From assembly GCA_963704755.1 (NCBI GenBank), contig OY969938.1:3060001-3092000 (forward strand): 32,000 nucleotides of DNA, in the 5' to 3' direction. Below are positions 1-8,750 of this stretch, piece by piece. Position 1 is the first letter of the stretch. Every line of letters begins with the position of its first letter. The DNA is from an uncultured Chloroflexia bacterium. GTDB taxonomy: Bacteria > Chloroflexota > Anaerolineae > Anaerolineales > Anaerolineaceae. The translations under genes were made by a program, and so were the position numbers. Under the pieces are notes generated by a model, which worked only from the letters and a program-made list of their open reading frames with translations, did not search any database and had not been told where the DNA came from.

Positions 1-57
1 TTACCAATGCACCCCGCATCTCTTTTCTTATCCACCGAGGGGAATTTTAATAAACTC

Positions 58-101
58 TGAAGAGCGGCCTCGGCCGAGGGTCGCGAGGGACCGGGCCGGT
101 C
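58..101. repeat. 44-nt GC-rich intergenic repeat, copy 1 of 2
   Basis: TGAAGAGCGGCCTCGGCCGAGGGTCGCGAGGGACCGGGCCGGTC is 41/44 identical to 275-318. It contains the 12-bp palindrome CCTCGGCCGAGG (68-79). Confidence 0.8.
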
Positions 102-274
102 CACTACTAACCCGCACAACCAAAGGTGTTCGAAAAATACCCGTTCTATTGTCGGGTTACGGGCAAGGTTTTGAGCGGCACACGTTTCGCCGGATGCCAG
201 GGTTATGGAAGAGCCCTAACCCGACCTACGCCGGCTAATTGATTTTGCCCCTTGGCGATAATTTCGATGGGCCT

Positions 275-318
275 TGAAGTGCGGCCTCGGCCGAGGGTTG
301 CGAGGGACCGGGCCGATC
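275..318. repeat. 44-nt GC-rich intergenic repeat, copy 2 of 2
   Basis: TGAAGTGCGGCCTCGGCCGAGGGTTGCGAGGGACCGGGCCGATC, a direct repeat of 58-101 lying 217 bp downstream. Confidence 0.8.
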
Positions 319-374
319 TGCTTTCAACCATGCCTATGATTACTAAATAGCGTCGCGCCATTTCCGTAGTTCCT

Positions 375-437
375 TGACACCTGACACTTGACACTCGACA
401 CCTGATGCTTGCCACCTGACACCTGACACCTGACACT
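375..437. repeat. Tandem heptamer array, 9 units of TGACACC-like sequence
   Basis: Units read in register: TGACACC TGACACT TGACACT CGACACC TGATGCT TGCCACC TGACACC TGACACC TGACACT. The array ends 4 nt from the stop codon of the 442..1332 gene. Confidence 0.85.
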
Positions 438-441
438 TTTC

Positions 442-1332
442 TTATTGCGTGAATGTCAAACTCAACCCCCCGGTGTAACTGCCGCCGGAATCGCCGGTGC
501 AGGATGGCGCATTGAGGCCATCTAGAGTAGCGCCGTTGCCGCCGATGCGCAGGCTGTAGGACACTCCGGCGGTCATCTGGAAATCGGCGTAGCCGGCATC
601 GATGGAGGGATGCAGGCCGGTATAGAACGTATCCAGCCCACCGTTCCAGGCCACGCTGATTTCCACGCCCGGAACCGGCTGGCCGTTGGCGTCCGCCAAC
701 TCGATCTGCATCAACCCGGCCGGCAGGCTGGGGTCACAGACCGATTGCTGGCTTTGCAGGGTGAAGGGCGTGCCCACGGTCGGCGCCTGGGTCGGCTGGC
801 GTGGAGTAAACGTGGGCTGCGGGGTCGCGCTGGGGCTGGGCAAGAGCGTGGCGGTCTGCACCGACTGAGAAAGGTCGAGGGTGGTGAATGGCTGGGGTGT
901 GTTGGTCAGAGATCCATCCGGCGGAACGGCCGCACCGCCGGTACTGATCGGCGGCGTCGCTGTGACCGGCGCACTGAGCGCCGCGGCCAGGGCGGCCAAC
1001 TGGCGGGCCGCCTCTTCCCCGTTCGGGTCGCTGACCAATTGCTGCGCCTGGGCGGTCAAGGCGTCCAGGGAATTGGCGTCGTCCAGCAAAGCCAGCCGCT
1101 GGCGCGCGCGCACCAGGTCCCCATCCGACTGGTACGCCTGCGCGATCAACAGGCGGTAGCTGTCCTTATATTGGGCGGACAGCGAGGCCGGAGATGTGTC
1201 CACATAGCGGATCGGGCTGAGCACCAGCGATATCAGCAGTCCCAATCCCAGGCCGAGCACCAGCCCGGTAAGCAGGTAAATAGGCGGCTGGCGCGGCCCT
1301 TCGTCTTCTTCCAGGTATTCGTCGACGCTCAT
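442..1332 (-). CDS. Membrane-anchored protein of unknown function (296 aa): N-terminal TM helix, Pro/Thr/Ser/Ala-rich linker, Cys-containing C-terminal domain
   Basis: The 442..1986 track ORF is trimmed to the internal ATG at 1332. Its upstream part overlaps hutU out of frame and is Arg/Pro-rich junk. An ATGA overlap joins it to the stop of the 1329..1712 ORF. TM segment IYLLTGLVLGLGLGLLISLVL. The N-terminal ~90 aa are paralogous to the upstream ORF. No family recognised. Confidence 0.7.
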   Translation of the reverse strand: MSVDEYLEEDEGPRQPPIYLLTGLVLGLGLGLLISLVLSPIRYVDTSPASLSAQYKDSYRLLIAQAYQSDGDLVRARQRLALLDDANSLDALTAQAQQLVSDPNGEEAARQLAALAAALSAPVTATPPISTGGAAVPPDGSLTNTPQPFTTLDLSQSVQTATLLPSPSATPQPTFTPRQPTQAPTVGTPFTLQSQQSVCDPSLPAGLMQIELADANGQPVPGVEISVAWNGGLDTFYTGLHPSIDAGYADFQMTAGVSYSLRIGGNGATLDGLNAPSCTGDSGGSYTGGLSLTFTQ

Positions 1333-1712
1333 GGGGTGGGGGTAACCTCGGAAGTAGGAGTAAGCCCGGGGGTAGCGGTCCAGTTCTGCAAGGCCTGGAA
1401 AAGCTGGCCAAGGCGGTCGATATCCTGGTGCGAATAGCCCACCTGCTGGCCGGTCAAAATGGCCTGCTGTACCTGGCGTACGGGCGAGGTCTTTTCCAGC
1501 GCCGCCAGCCGTTCGGCCGCGGCAGCCGGGTCGCCCTCGCTCTGGTAGGTCTCGGCCACCATCAAGACGTAGTCGGCCTTGTAATCCGCGCGCAATGAAA
1601 CCGGGCTGGTATTCTGGTAGCGGGCCGGGCTGAACACCCAACCGTATAGCAGACCGGCACCCAGGCCGATCAGGATGGTGAAGACGAACCAGATGACACG
1701 GCGCAGGCGCAC
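1329..1712 (-). CDS. Small membrane-anchored protein (127 aa), paralogue of the N-terminal module of the 442..1332 product
   Basis: GTG start at 1712, 6 nt after the hutU stop. TM helix VIWFVFTILIGLGAGLLYGWVF. Shared motif SPxRYxxTSPxSLxAxYKxxYxLxxAxxYQSxGDxxxAxxRLAxL with the downstream gene. 4-nt ATGA overlap with it. Confidence 0.65.
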   Translation of the reverse strand: MRLRRVIWFVFTILIGLGAGLLYGWVFSPARYQNTSPVSLRADYKADYVLMVAETYQSEGDPAAAAERLAALEKTSPVRQVQQAILTGQQVGYSHQDIDRLGQLFQALQNWTATPGLTPTSEVTPTP

Positions 1713-1718
1713 CGGGAC

Positions 1719-3374
1719 CTATCCTTTCAGCATCGGCATGCGGATGCCGTTGCGTTTGGCCGCGTCGATCGCTTCGGGGTAGCCGGCGTCGGCGTGGCGG
1801 ACGATGCCCAGGCCCGGGTCGGTGGTCAGCACCCGCTCCAGGCGTTTGGCAGCGGCCGGGCTGCCATCGGCCACAATGACCATACCGGCGTGCTGGCTGT
1901 AGCCAATGCCCACCCCGCCGCCGTGGTGGAAGGACACCCAGGTAGCCCCACCGGCGGCATTGATCAACGCGTTGAGGATCGGCCAATCCGAGACGGCATC
2001 GGTGCCGTCCAGCATACCCTCGGTCTCGCGGTTAGGCGAGGCCACCGAGCCGGCGTCCAGGTGATCGCGGCCGATCACGATCGGCGCTTTGAGGGTGCCA
2101 TCGGCCACCATCTGGTTGAACTTCAGCCCGGCGCGGGCGCGCTCGCCGTAGCCCAGCCAGCAGATCCGCGAGGGCAGCCCCTGAAAGGGCACTTTCTCGC
2201 GGGCCAGCTTCAGCCAGCGGTGCAGATGTTCGTCCTCTGGGAAAAGCTCCATGACGGCCTGGTCGGTTTTGTAAATGTCCTCGGGGTCGCCGGAGAGGGC
2301 CACCCAGCGGAAGGGGCCTTTGCCTTCGCAAAACAGCGGGCGGATGTAGGCCGGCACGAAGCCGGGGAAATCAAACGCGTCGCGGACGCCCTGGTCGAAG
2401 GCGCGCTGGCGCAGGTTGTTGCCGTAATCGAACACCTCGGCGCCTCGTTTTTGAAATTCGAGCATGGCCTGCACGTGGCTGGCCATCGATTCCATCGAGC
2501 GGCGCTGGTAAGCCTGCGGGTCGGATTTGCGCAGGGCATCGGCTTCGGCCACACTCAAGCCGACCGGCACGTAGCTGAGCACGTCGTGGGCCGGGGTCTG
2601 GTCTGTGACCACATCCGGGATGACGCCGCGGATGACCAGCTCGGGGTACAGCTCGGCGGCATTGGCCACCAGCCCAATCGAGCGCGGTGTGCCGTTTTTG
2701 ACGTTTTCTTCCACCAGGGTCATGGCCTCTTCCAGGGTGTCGACCACCACGTCCACGTAGCCGATTTCCTGGCGGCGGCGCGCGCGGGCCGGGTCCACTT
2801 CGACGATCAGCCCGACGCCCCCGTTCATGGTGATGGCCAGGGGTTGAGCGCCGCCCATGCCTCCCAGGCCGGCGGTGAGTACGAATTTGCCCTTGAGCGA
2901 AGGCCAGCCTTTTTGGACGGCCAACGAAGCCAGGGTCTCGTAGGTGCCCTGCAAAATGCCCTGGGTGCCGATATAAATCCACGAGCCGGCCGTCATCTGG
3001 CCATACATGATCAGGCCTTTGGCGGCCAGGTCATCGAAATGCTCCTGGGTGGCCCAATGCGGCACCAGGTTGGAGTTGGCGATCAGTACCCGGGGCGCAT
3101 CCGGGTGCGATTTGAACACCGCCACCGGTTTGCCGGACTGTACCAGCAAGGTTTCGTCGTCTTCCAGCTCGCGCAGGCTGGCCAGGATAGCGTCGAAAGC
3201 CTCCCAACTGCGTGCTGCCTGTCCGCGCCCGCCGTATACCACCAGGTCCTGGGGACGTTCGGCTACCTCCGGATCCAGGTTGTTTTGAATCATACGGTAA
3301 GGGGCCTCGGTCAGCCAGGATTTACAGGTAAGCTGCGTGCCCCGCGGCGCGCGAACGGTGCGAGCATCAGACAT
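1719..3374 (-). CDS. hutU: Urocanate hydratase (urocanase)
   Basis: 551 aa, full length. Characteristic urocanase sequence throughout, e.g. [93 protein letters not shown]. Confidence 0.97.
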   Translation of the reverse strand: MSDARTVRAPRGTQLTCKSWLTEAPYRMIQNNLDPEVAERPQDLVVYGGRGQAARSWEAFDAILASLRELEDDETLLVQSGKPVAVFKSHPDAPRVLIANSNLVPHWATQEHFDDLAAKGLIMYGQMTAGSWIYIGTQGILQGTYETLASLAVQKGWPSLKGKFVLTAGLGGMGGAQPLAITMNGGVGLIVEVDPARARRRQEIGYVDVVVDTLEEAMTLVEENVKNGTPRSIGLVANAAELYPELVIRGVIPDVVTDQTPAHDVLSYVPVGLSVAEADALRKSDPQAYQRRSMESMASHVQAMLEFQKRGAEVFDYGNNLRQRAFDQGVRDAFDFPGFVPAYIRPLFCEGKGPFRWVALSGDPEDIYKTDQAVMELFPEDEHLHRWLKLAREKVPFQGLPSRICWLGYGERARAGLKFNQMVADGTLKAPIVIGRDHLDAGSVASPNRETEGMLDGTDAVSDWPILNALINAAGGATWVSFHHGGGVGIGYSQHAGMVIVADGSPAAAKRLERVLTTDPGLGIVRHADAGYPEAIDAAKRNGIRMPMLKG

Positions 3375-3502
3375 AGAAATACCTCCATGAATTGAAATAG
3401 AAAGGGCCAGGGTTATTTTACTGCAAGTGAGGGATGGGGTGTTACTATGATTCGGTGTTGGCGTGCCGGCATGGCTGGTGGCATGGATCTGATGTCGGGA
3501 AT

Positions 3503-5594
3503 TTATTTAAAATCCTTATGGTTGTTGAGCACCAAAAAAAACTGGTCCACGATCTTTGGATCGAAATTCTTCCCGGATTGTTCACGTAGATAAGCCAGAA
3601 CCTTTTCTTCAGGCCAGGCCTTTCGGTAGGGACGGTCTGAACGGAGGGCGTCCCACACATCCACGATCGCGAACATGCGCGCCGCCAGGGGAATCTCTTC
3701 GGCTTTCAGGCCACGCGGGTACCCGGTTCCATCCCACTTTTCATGATGGCAATAAGGAATATCCAGCGCGGACCGTAAGTATTTGATGGGGTGCAACATT
3801 TCGAAAGCAATTTCAGGATGCCTGCGCATGATGATCCATTCCTCATCATTGAGGGGCCCGGGTTTCAACAAAATCGCATCCGGCACGCCTAATTTGCCAA
3901 GGTCATGCAACAATGCCCCCCGCCGTATCGCCACGATCCTTTCGCTGTCAAAGCCCAGTCGCTCTGCCAGGCGGATCGTCATTTCGGTAACCCGTTGTGT
4001 GTGACCTTCTGTTTCTTTATCCCGCAGATCCATCGCTCGCGACCAGCCATCGATGGTCGCATCATAGGCGATGCTCAAATCGATATTTGACCGCAGTAAA
4101 TTGTTATACATCCGGCTGTTGTCGATTGCGATGGATGCCTGCTCTGCCAGGGTCACAAAAAAGTCGATCCAATCCGGATCTGGGTCGAAAGAGTTCGCGC
4201 AAAAAAACTTCCAGAACCCCGACCGCATCGCCTTTGGAGATCAACGGCATGGCAAAATAGGTTTCAAACCCCTCTTTTGCCCACATCGCTTTGAATTCGG
4301 GCGTGACCTCTTGATATGTCAATCCTTTTGCGCGAACGAGGCTGCGCTCGATCACTGCTTTTTTATCGAGGCTTTTTCCCTTGCGAAGGTTCATGCCCTT
4401 GATCTCGCGGGTGACGAACCCACGCCCGGCAAAATATTCGAACGCAGACGAATTCGGTTGAGCAAGCAAAACGTCCACGGCATCCACTTTGAGTTGCGCA
4501 GCGACGTGTTCCACAAAGATGTTGAGGGTGGTTTTGAGGTCCATGCTGCTGTTGATGGCTAAATCGATATTGTGTAATGCTGAGATATGGGCGAGTTGCT
4601 TTTTAGCCAGTAACTGGTTGTGGTTGTTATCGATCGCAATGGCCAGGTTGTTGGCTAACGAGCCGATATCGCGTTCATCTTCTTCGGTGAAGGCGTTGGT
4701 TTCCTGGCTGAATAAACCGATCACGCCCAGCAGTGCATCTTCGCAACGAACGGACGTGAATAAAGCCGACTTGATGGATGGGTCAAGGTTGACCCAGTCA
4801 GGCTCTTTGGATGTGTCGCCAATATTAATGGTTTGGCCATTTTGAGCAACCAGGCCGGCCAAACCCTTTTTGTCGCCCGGATAGAAATCGAATTTTTCTT
4901 TGATATTCTTCGAAGTTTCTTCAGAGAACCCGACAGAGGACAGCAAATTCAATTTTTTCTGGCTGGCATCGAAGCTAAAATAATTCGCCGCTTGATATCC
5001 GGGGATTTCAATGATGGACCGTAAAATTAAATCGATCAGGTCCGGTAAGGATTTTATAGCATGCAAATTACTGCTTACCTGGTAAAGAGCGGCCAGTCGC
5101 TTATTGGATTTCTGCAATTGCATCATTTTATCTTCGAGTTTACGAATGAGGGTTTGGTTATACTCTTTATAAAACTCAGCTTTTGCTTCGTTTGTCTCTT
5201 CTTGAAGAGCAGGCCTCTTGATCTCCTGCTGCGTGAGAATTTCTTGCAATGTATCCCAAAAAGTATTTTCGTCGATAGGTTTTTCCAGAAAACGATCTGC
5301 ACCCAAACTCAAAGCGAATTTCTCATCTCTGACATCGTTGTAGGTGGCGGTTAAAAAGACAAAAGGAATTTGGCTGAGGAGTTCGTCGGCCTTCCAGGCG
5401 CGGCACAAGTTGAAGCCATCCATTCCCGGCATAAGTATGTCAGAAATGACCATGTCGGGCGGGTTTTTGCGGGCCAGGCTCAGCGCATCAATTCCATTTT
5501 CGGCCTTTTGCACCTGGTAACCATGGGTCTTCAGCATGACTTCCAGTAAATACAGATTTTGTGGAATGTCATCCACAATCAGCAACGTTTTCAT
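3503..5594 (-). pseudogene. REC-GAF-GAF-HD-GYP response regulator (c-di-GMP phosphodiesterase type), split by a 1-nt frameshift in an A7/T7 run at 4201-4207
   Basis: Track ORFs 4104..5690 and 3503..4228 are two halves of one gene. The upstream frame reads ...PLISKGDAVGVLEVF. After dropping one T of the run it continues CANSFDPDPDWIDFFVTLAEQASIAIDNSRMY, a typical GAF C-terminus. HD-GYP motifs follow: HDLGKLGVPD, HHEKWDGTGYPRGL. The likely start MKTLLIVDD at 5594 makes an ATGA overlap with the upstream CheY gene. 2092 nt minus 1 gives 697 codons. Confidence 0.8.
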
Positions 5595-5983
5595 AGCGAA
5601 GTATCCCTGGCAGCGCGAGCATCTAAAAATTCTTTGATCTGGAGGATGAAAGTATCCGGGTTGATCGGTTTCTCGATATATCCGGAACAACCGGCTTCCA
5701 GGGCTTGTTCGCGGTCCCCGGGCATGGCATAAGAAGTTATGGCAATAATCGGCGTTTTGGCCAATTCTTTATCCTTTTGTAATTCCCGTGTAACCGCATA
5801 GCCATCCATGATGGGAAGCTGGATATCCAACAGGATCAGATCCGGTTTTTCTGTTTGTACCAGGGTTATCCCTTCCAGCCCATTTCGCGCCTGGATGACC
5901 TGATAACCGTATTTCTCTAAAATAAAGGTAACCAGGTATATGTTTTGCGCGTTATCTTCGATAATAAGGATCTTAGTTTTCAT
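5591..5983 (-). CDS. Single-domain CheY-like response regulator receiver
   Basis: MKTKILIIEDN...PDLILLDIQLPIMDGY...IIAITSYAMPGD...GYIEKP shows the canonical Asp, Thr/Ser and Lys receiver positions. ATG at 5983 is preferred (the track uses GTG at 5992). It overlaps the kinase stop (5973) by 11 nt. Confidence 0.9.
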   Translation of the reverse strand: MKTKILIIEDNAQNIYLVTFILEKYGYQVIQARNGLEGITLVQTEKPDLILLDIQLPIMDGYAVTRELQKDKELAKTPIIAITSYAMPGDREQALEAGCSGYIEKPINPDTFILQIKEFLDARAARDTSL

Positions 5984-8354
5984 TTTTCCCACTTTTTAAT
6001 GGCAGATCAAAGGAAAAGGTACTGCCTTCTCCCCACTTGCTCTCGACTCGAATCTGGCCGCCCAGCAGCTCCACCAGCCGTTTGCAGATCGAAAGGCCCA
6101 GGCCAGTTCCTTCATATTGTCGAGAAATACCTGTATCGATTTGCTGGAATGGCTTAAACAAGATTTGCAGGTCTTCTGGTTTAATCCCGATGCCGGTATC
6201 GCTTACCTGCGTAACCAGACAGCCATTCTCTAGCTTGCATTCCAGGCGTACCTCGCCTTGTTCGGTGAATTTAACGGCATTATTAAGCAAATTGAGCAGA
6301 ATTTGCTCCACCCGGCGGCGGTCGCTGAAAATGTCAATTTTCTCGGGAGTAATCGAAGTCGAGATTTTGAGGTTCTTCATTTGCGCCATCGGGGTAATTT
6401 TATCCACGCTTTTGCGGATGGCGGTCCCCATATCGAACAATTCGGGAAAGACAACGACCTGCCCCGCCTCGATTTTCGAGATATCCAACACATCGTTAAT
6501 CAACTCGAGCAAATGAAGCGCGCTGCCCTTTACCATCGTCAGTTGCTTTTCCTGCTCTTCGTTTAGCGGGCCTACCAGTTTTTGCAGCAAGATGCCGGTG
6601 AAACCGATAATAGAATTCAGGGGAGTGCGCAGCTCGTGGGACATAGTGGCGAGGAACGCCGATTTAAGCCTGTCGGCGCTTTCTGCCCGGATTACCGCTG
6701 CTTTTAAATCTTCTACTTTTTTCCGAACGGTGATATCGGTGATTGTTCCCACAAACCCGATGACCTGGTTGTCAGAATTCACTTCGGGAACAGCCTGGCC
6801 GATTACCCAGGATATCGATCCATCCGGATGGACAAAACGATAGTCCGCTGTGGAAGTGGATTTTTGATGCGCGGATTCTTGCCAGTTTGTCGATAGGCGC
6901 TCGCGATCCTCCGGGTGGACCGCTTTGAGCCAACCGTTCCCGAGCGCTTCCTTCTCGCTTAGCCCGGAAATTTGACACCAGGTTGGGTTAACGTAAGTGG
7001 TAAGCCCTTCGCTATTTGTGTGAAAGATGCCCACCGGAGCGACGCTGGTCAGCGTTTGGTAGCGCTTTTCACTTTCGGACAACTGCTTCTCGGCTTGTTT
7101 GCGGGTGGTGATATCCCGAACAATGACAATAGCTTCGTCCTTTCCCGTGGGAGTGAAACGCGCTTCGTAATCCCGGTTTTCATCATCGAGCGGCAACGAA
7201 TATTCAATGGTTTGAATCTCATTAGATTCGATAGCGGTTTTGACATTATCCAGGGCGGTGTCTGACAAATTTTTGGGGAGTACATCCACTACATTTTTTC
7301 CAAGGTACTCCTCCGACAATGGGTGCAGGGAATTATTGAATGCGGAATGGTAATTGAGCAGAATGCCCTCTTTGCTCAAGCGCAAAATTTGGTCGGGGTT
7401 GTTTTCCAGCAAAGCTCGATTACGCGCTTCGCTCGCGCGCAGTCTGGCCGTTTGTTGGCGAATTTGCCTGCGGGCGGTAATGGAAATCACCAGCAAGAAA
7501 AGGATAATGATTGCGCTATTTATGAACAGTACGTAAACCCAGGCGGGAATAATATCGATGATTGTTTTTTGCTGTTTCGCTCCCAGGTATTGATCCAAAG
7601 CCTGGTAGTAGACCGAGTTGGGATCGCTCTTCAGGGCTTTCATATCCGCATCGATAGTTTGGACGAGATAAGGCGTCAATTCCGCGTCTTTGGGAAAGGC
7701 AAAGCGTAGGTTCATCGGTTGGATGAGAATGGAGGTCTTGACGACATCGAATTGATTTTCATAAAGATCGCCGAAATCTTTATTAATTACCCCAGCATCC
7801 ACTTCTTTGTTTTGCAGCGCGTTGAATATATCCAGATAGCTATCCAGTCCAACAAAGGTGGCTTGAATCCCAAGCTTTTCCGTCAGGTTTTTGATACCAT
7901 CCGGGCCATCGAAGTTGATGCTGCCGGTCAGCCCGCCAACTTTTTTGCCTTCCAAATCCAGGATTGTTTCGATGGATGACCCTTTGGTGACGTATAACCG
8001 TGACCAACTGGACAGCACGGTGTCGGATGAAAAAGCGAATTCCTGGCTCCGCTCTTCGGTCCAACCTGTATCAGGCAAAATATCGATCTGATTTGCCTGC
8101 AGCTTATTCATCACCTCGATCCATGTGCCGGGCACCCAGACGATTTCCCAATTTTCTTTTTGGGCAATGGACTTAATAATTTCAGGCCAAAACCCGGTAA
8201 CTTCCCCGCTGCTATCCGTATATATTTTTGGTGGATTTTCGTAAACGCCTACGCGGATCACTCTCCGTACTTGAGGCTGAGTCCAACCTTCCATACAAAG
8301 GCATGCGATCGAGAAAATCAGTAAAAACAAATTTCGCCGCATATTCATCCCCAT
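5973..8354 (-). CDS. Sensor histidine kinase with periplasmic solute-binding (SBP_bac_3-like) domain, TM, two PAS domains, HisKA and HATPase_c
   Basis: 793 aa. N-terminal hydrophobic signal/TM. SBP-like RVGVYENPPKIYTDSSGEVTGFWPEI...DILPDTGWTEERS. TM AWVYVLFINSAIIILFLLVISI. PAS regions. H-box MSHELRTPLNSI. N/G boxes LLNNAVKF, DTGIGI, GTGLGLSI. Confidence 0.9.
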   Translation of the reverse strand: MGMNMRRNLFLLIFSIACLCMEGWTQPQVRRVIRVGVYENPPKIYTDSSGEVTGFWPEIIKSIAQKENWEIVWVPGTWIEVMNKLQANQIDILPDTGWTEERSQEFAFSSDTVLSSWSRLYVTKGSSIETILDLEGKKVGGLTGSINFDGPDGIKNLTEKLGIQATFVGLDSYLDIFNALQNKEVDAGVINKDFGDLYENQFDVVKTSILIQPMNLRFAFPKDAELTPYLVQTIDADMKALKSDPNSVYYQALDQYLGAKQQKTIIDIIPAWVYVLFINSAIIILFLLVISITARRQIRQQTARLRASEARNRALLENNPDQILRLSKEGILLNYHSAFNNSLHPLSEEYLGKNVVDVLPKNLSDTALDNVKTAIESNEIQTIEYSLPLDDENRDYEARFTPTGKDEAIVIVRDITTRKQAEKQLSESEKRYQTLTSVAPVGIFHTNSEGLTTYVNPTWCQISGLSEKEALGNGWLKAVHPEDRERLSTNWQESAHQKSTSTADYRFVHPDGSISWVIGQAVPEVNSDNQVIGFVGTITDITVRKKVEDLKAAVIRAESADRLKSAFLATMSHELRTPLNSIIGFTGILLQKLVGPLNEEQEKQLTMVKGSALHLLELINDVLDISKIEAGQVVVFPELFDMGTAIRKSVDKITPMAQMKNLKISTSITPEKIDIFSDRRRVEQILLNLLNNAVKFTEQGEVRLECKLENGCLVTQVSDTGIGIKPEDLQILFKPFQQIDTGISRQYEGTGLGLSICKRLVELLGGQIRVESKWGEGSTFSFDLPLKSGKNEN

Positions 8355-8528
8355 GAATCCGGTTACTCAGTCAGTATGGAATTTACAAGAAATTGGCAGG
8401 ACGAGGGAAAGGGGTGATGGGCGATGCAGTGAAGCCGCCTGGCCGGCTTTGAAATACCTGCCTAAATCTCGACGTTCTTCAGTTACCCATCTGGTTTTGA
8501 GCTAAATAAATGTAACTACTCAAGCACA

Positions 8529-8588
8529 GGTAAGAAGCTTCCGAATTTGAGGTATTGGGCGGCAACTCCGCCAAACACTTCGAGTTCG
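8529..8588. repeat. Imperfect long hairpin, degenerate copy of the 31131-31197 hairpin family
   Basis: GGTAAGAAgctTCCGAATTTGAGGTATTGGGCGG-CAACT-CCGCCAAACACTTCGAGTTCG. The 21 stem positions have 2 mismatches and 3 pairs that are G-T only on the + strand. It shares GGTAAGAA..TCCGAATTTGAGGT and CTCCGC.AAACAC.TC.A.TTCG with 31131-31197. Confidence 0.65.
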
Positions 8589-8750
8589 ATGTTTTACCCA
8601 TTGGGCTGAACAGTTATTAATAGCCATGAATTTATTATACAACTTTGGTTTGGCGCCGAATAATTTCTACGATCATCGATTTTGTTAAGTTGTCCGCGGG
8701 CATTTACGAAATCGGATCGATAAATAAACTGCCAGGGAGAATGAGCCTGG

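Noticed and set aside
442-1986. 514-aa track ORF taken at face value
   Set aside because: Its first ~218 residues are Arg/Pro/Gly-rich. They overlap the 127-aa ORF and the 3' end of hutU out of frame. An internal ATG at 1332 forms an ATGA junction with the upstream ORF and begins the sensible protein.
1794-3395. 533-aa + strand ORF antisense to hutU (610..1437 + is a similar case)
   Set aside because: It is a typical high-GC antisense shadow ORF with low-complexity Arg/Ala/Gly-rich composition and no recognisable domain. The opposite strand encodes an unmistakable urocanase.
5595-5690. N-terminal extension of the REC-GAF ORF (MFRIYRETDQPGYF...)
   Set aside because: It overlaps the CheY gene's 3' end. 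The receiver domain begins at MKTLLIVDD (ATG 5594), which forms an ATGA junction with the CheY stop.
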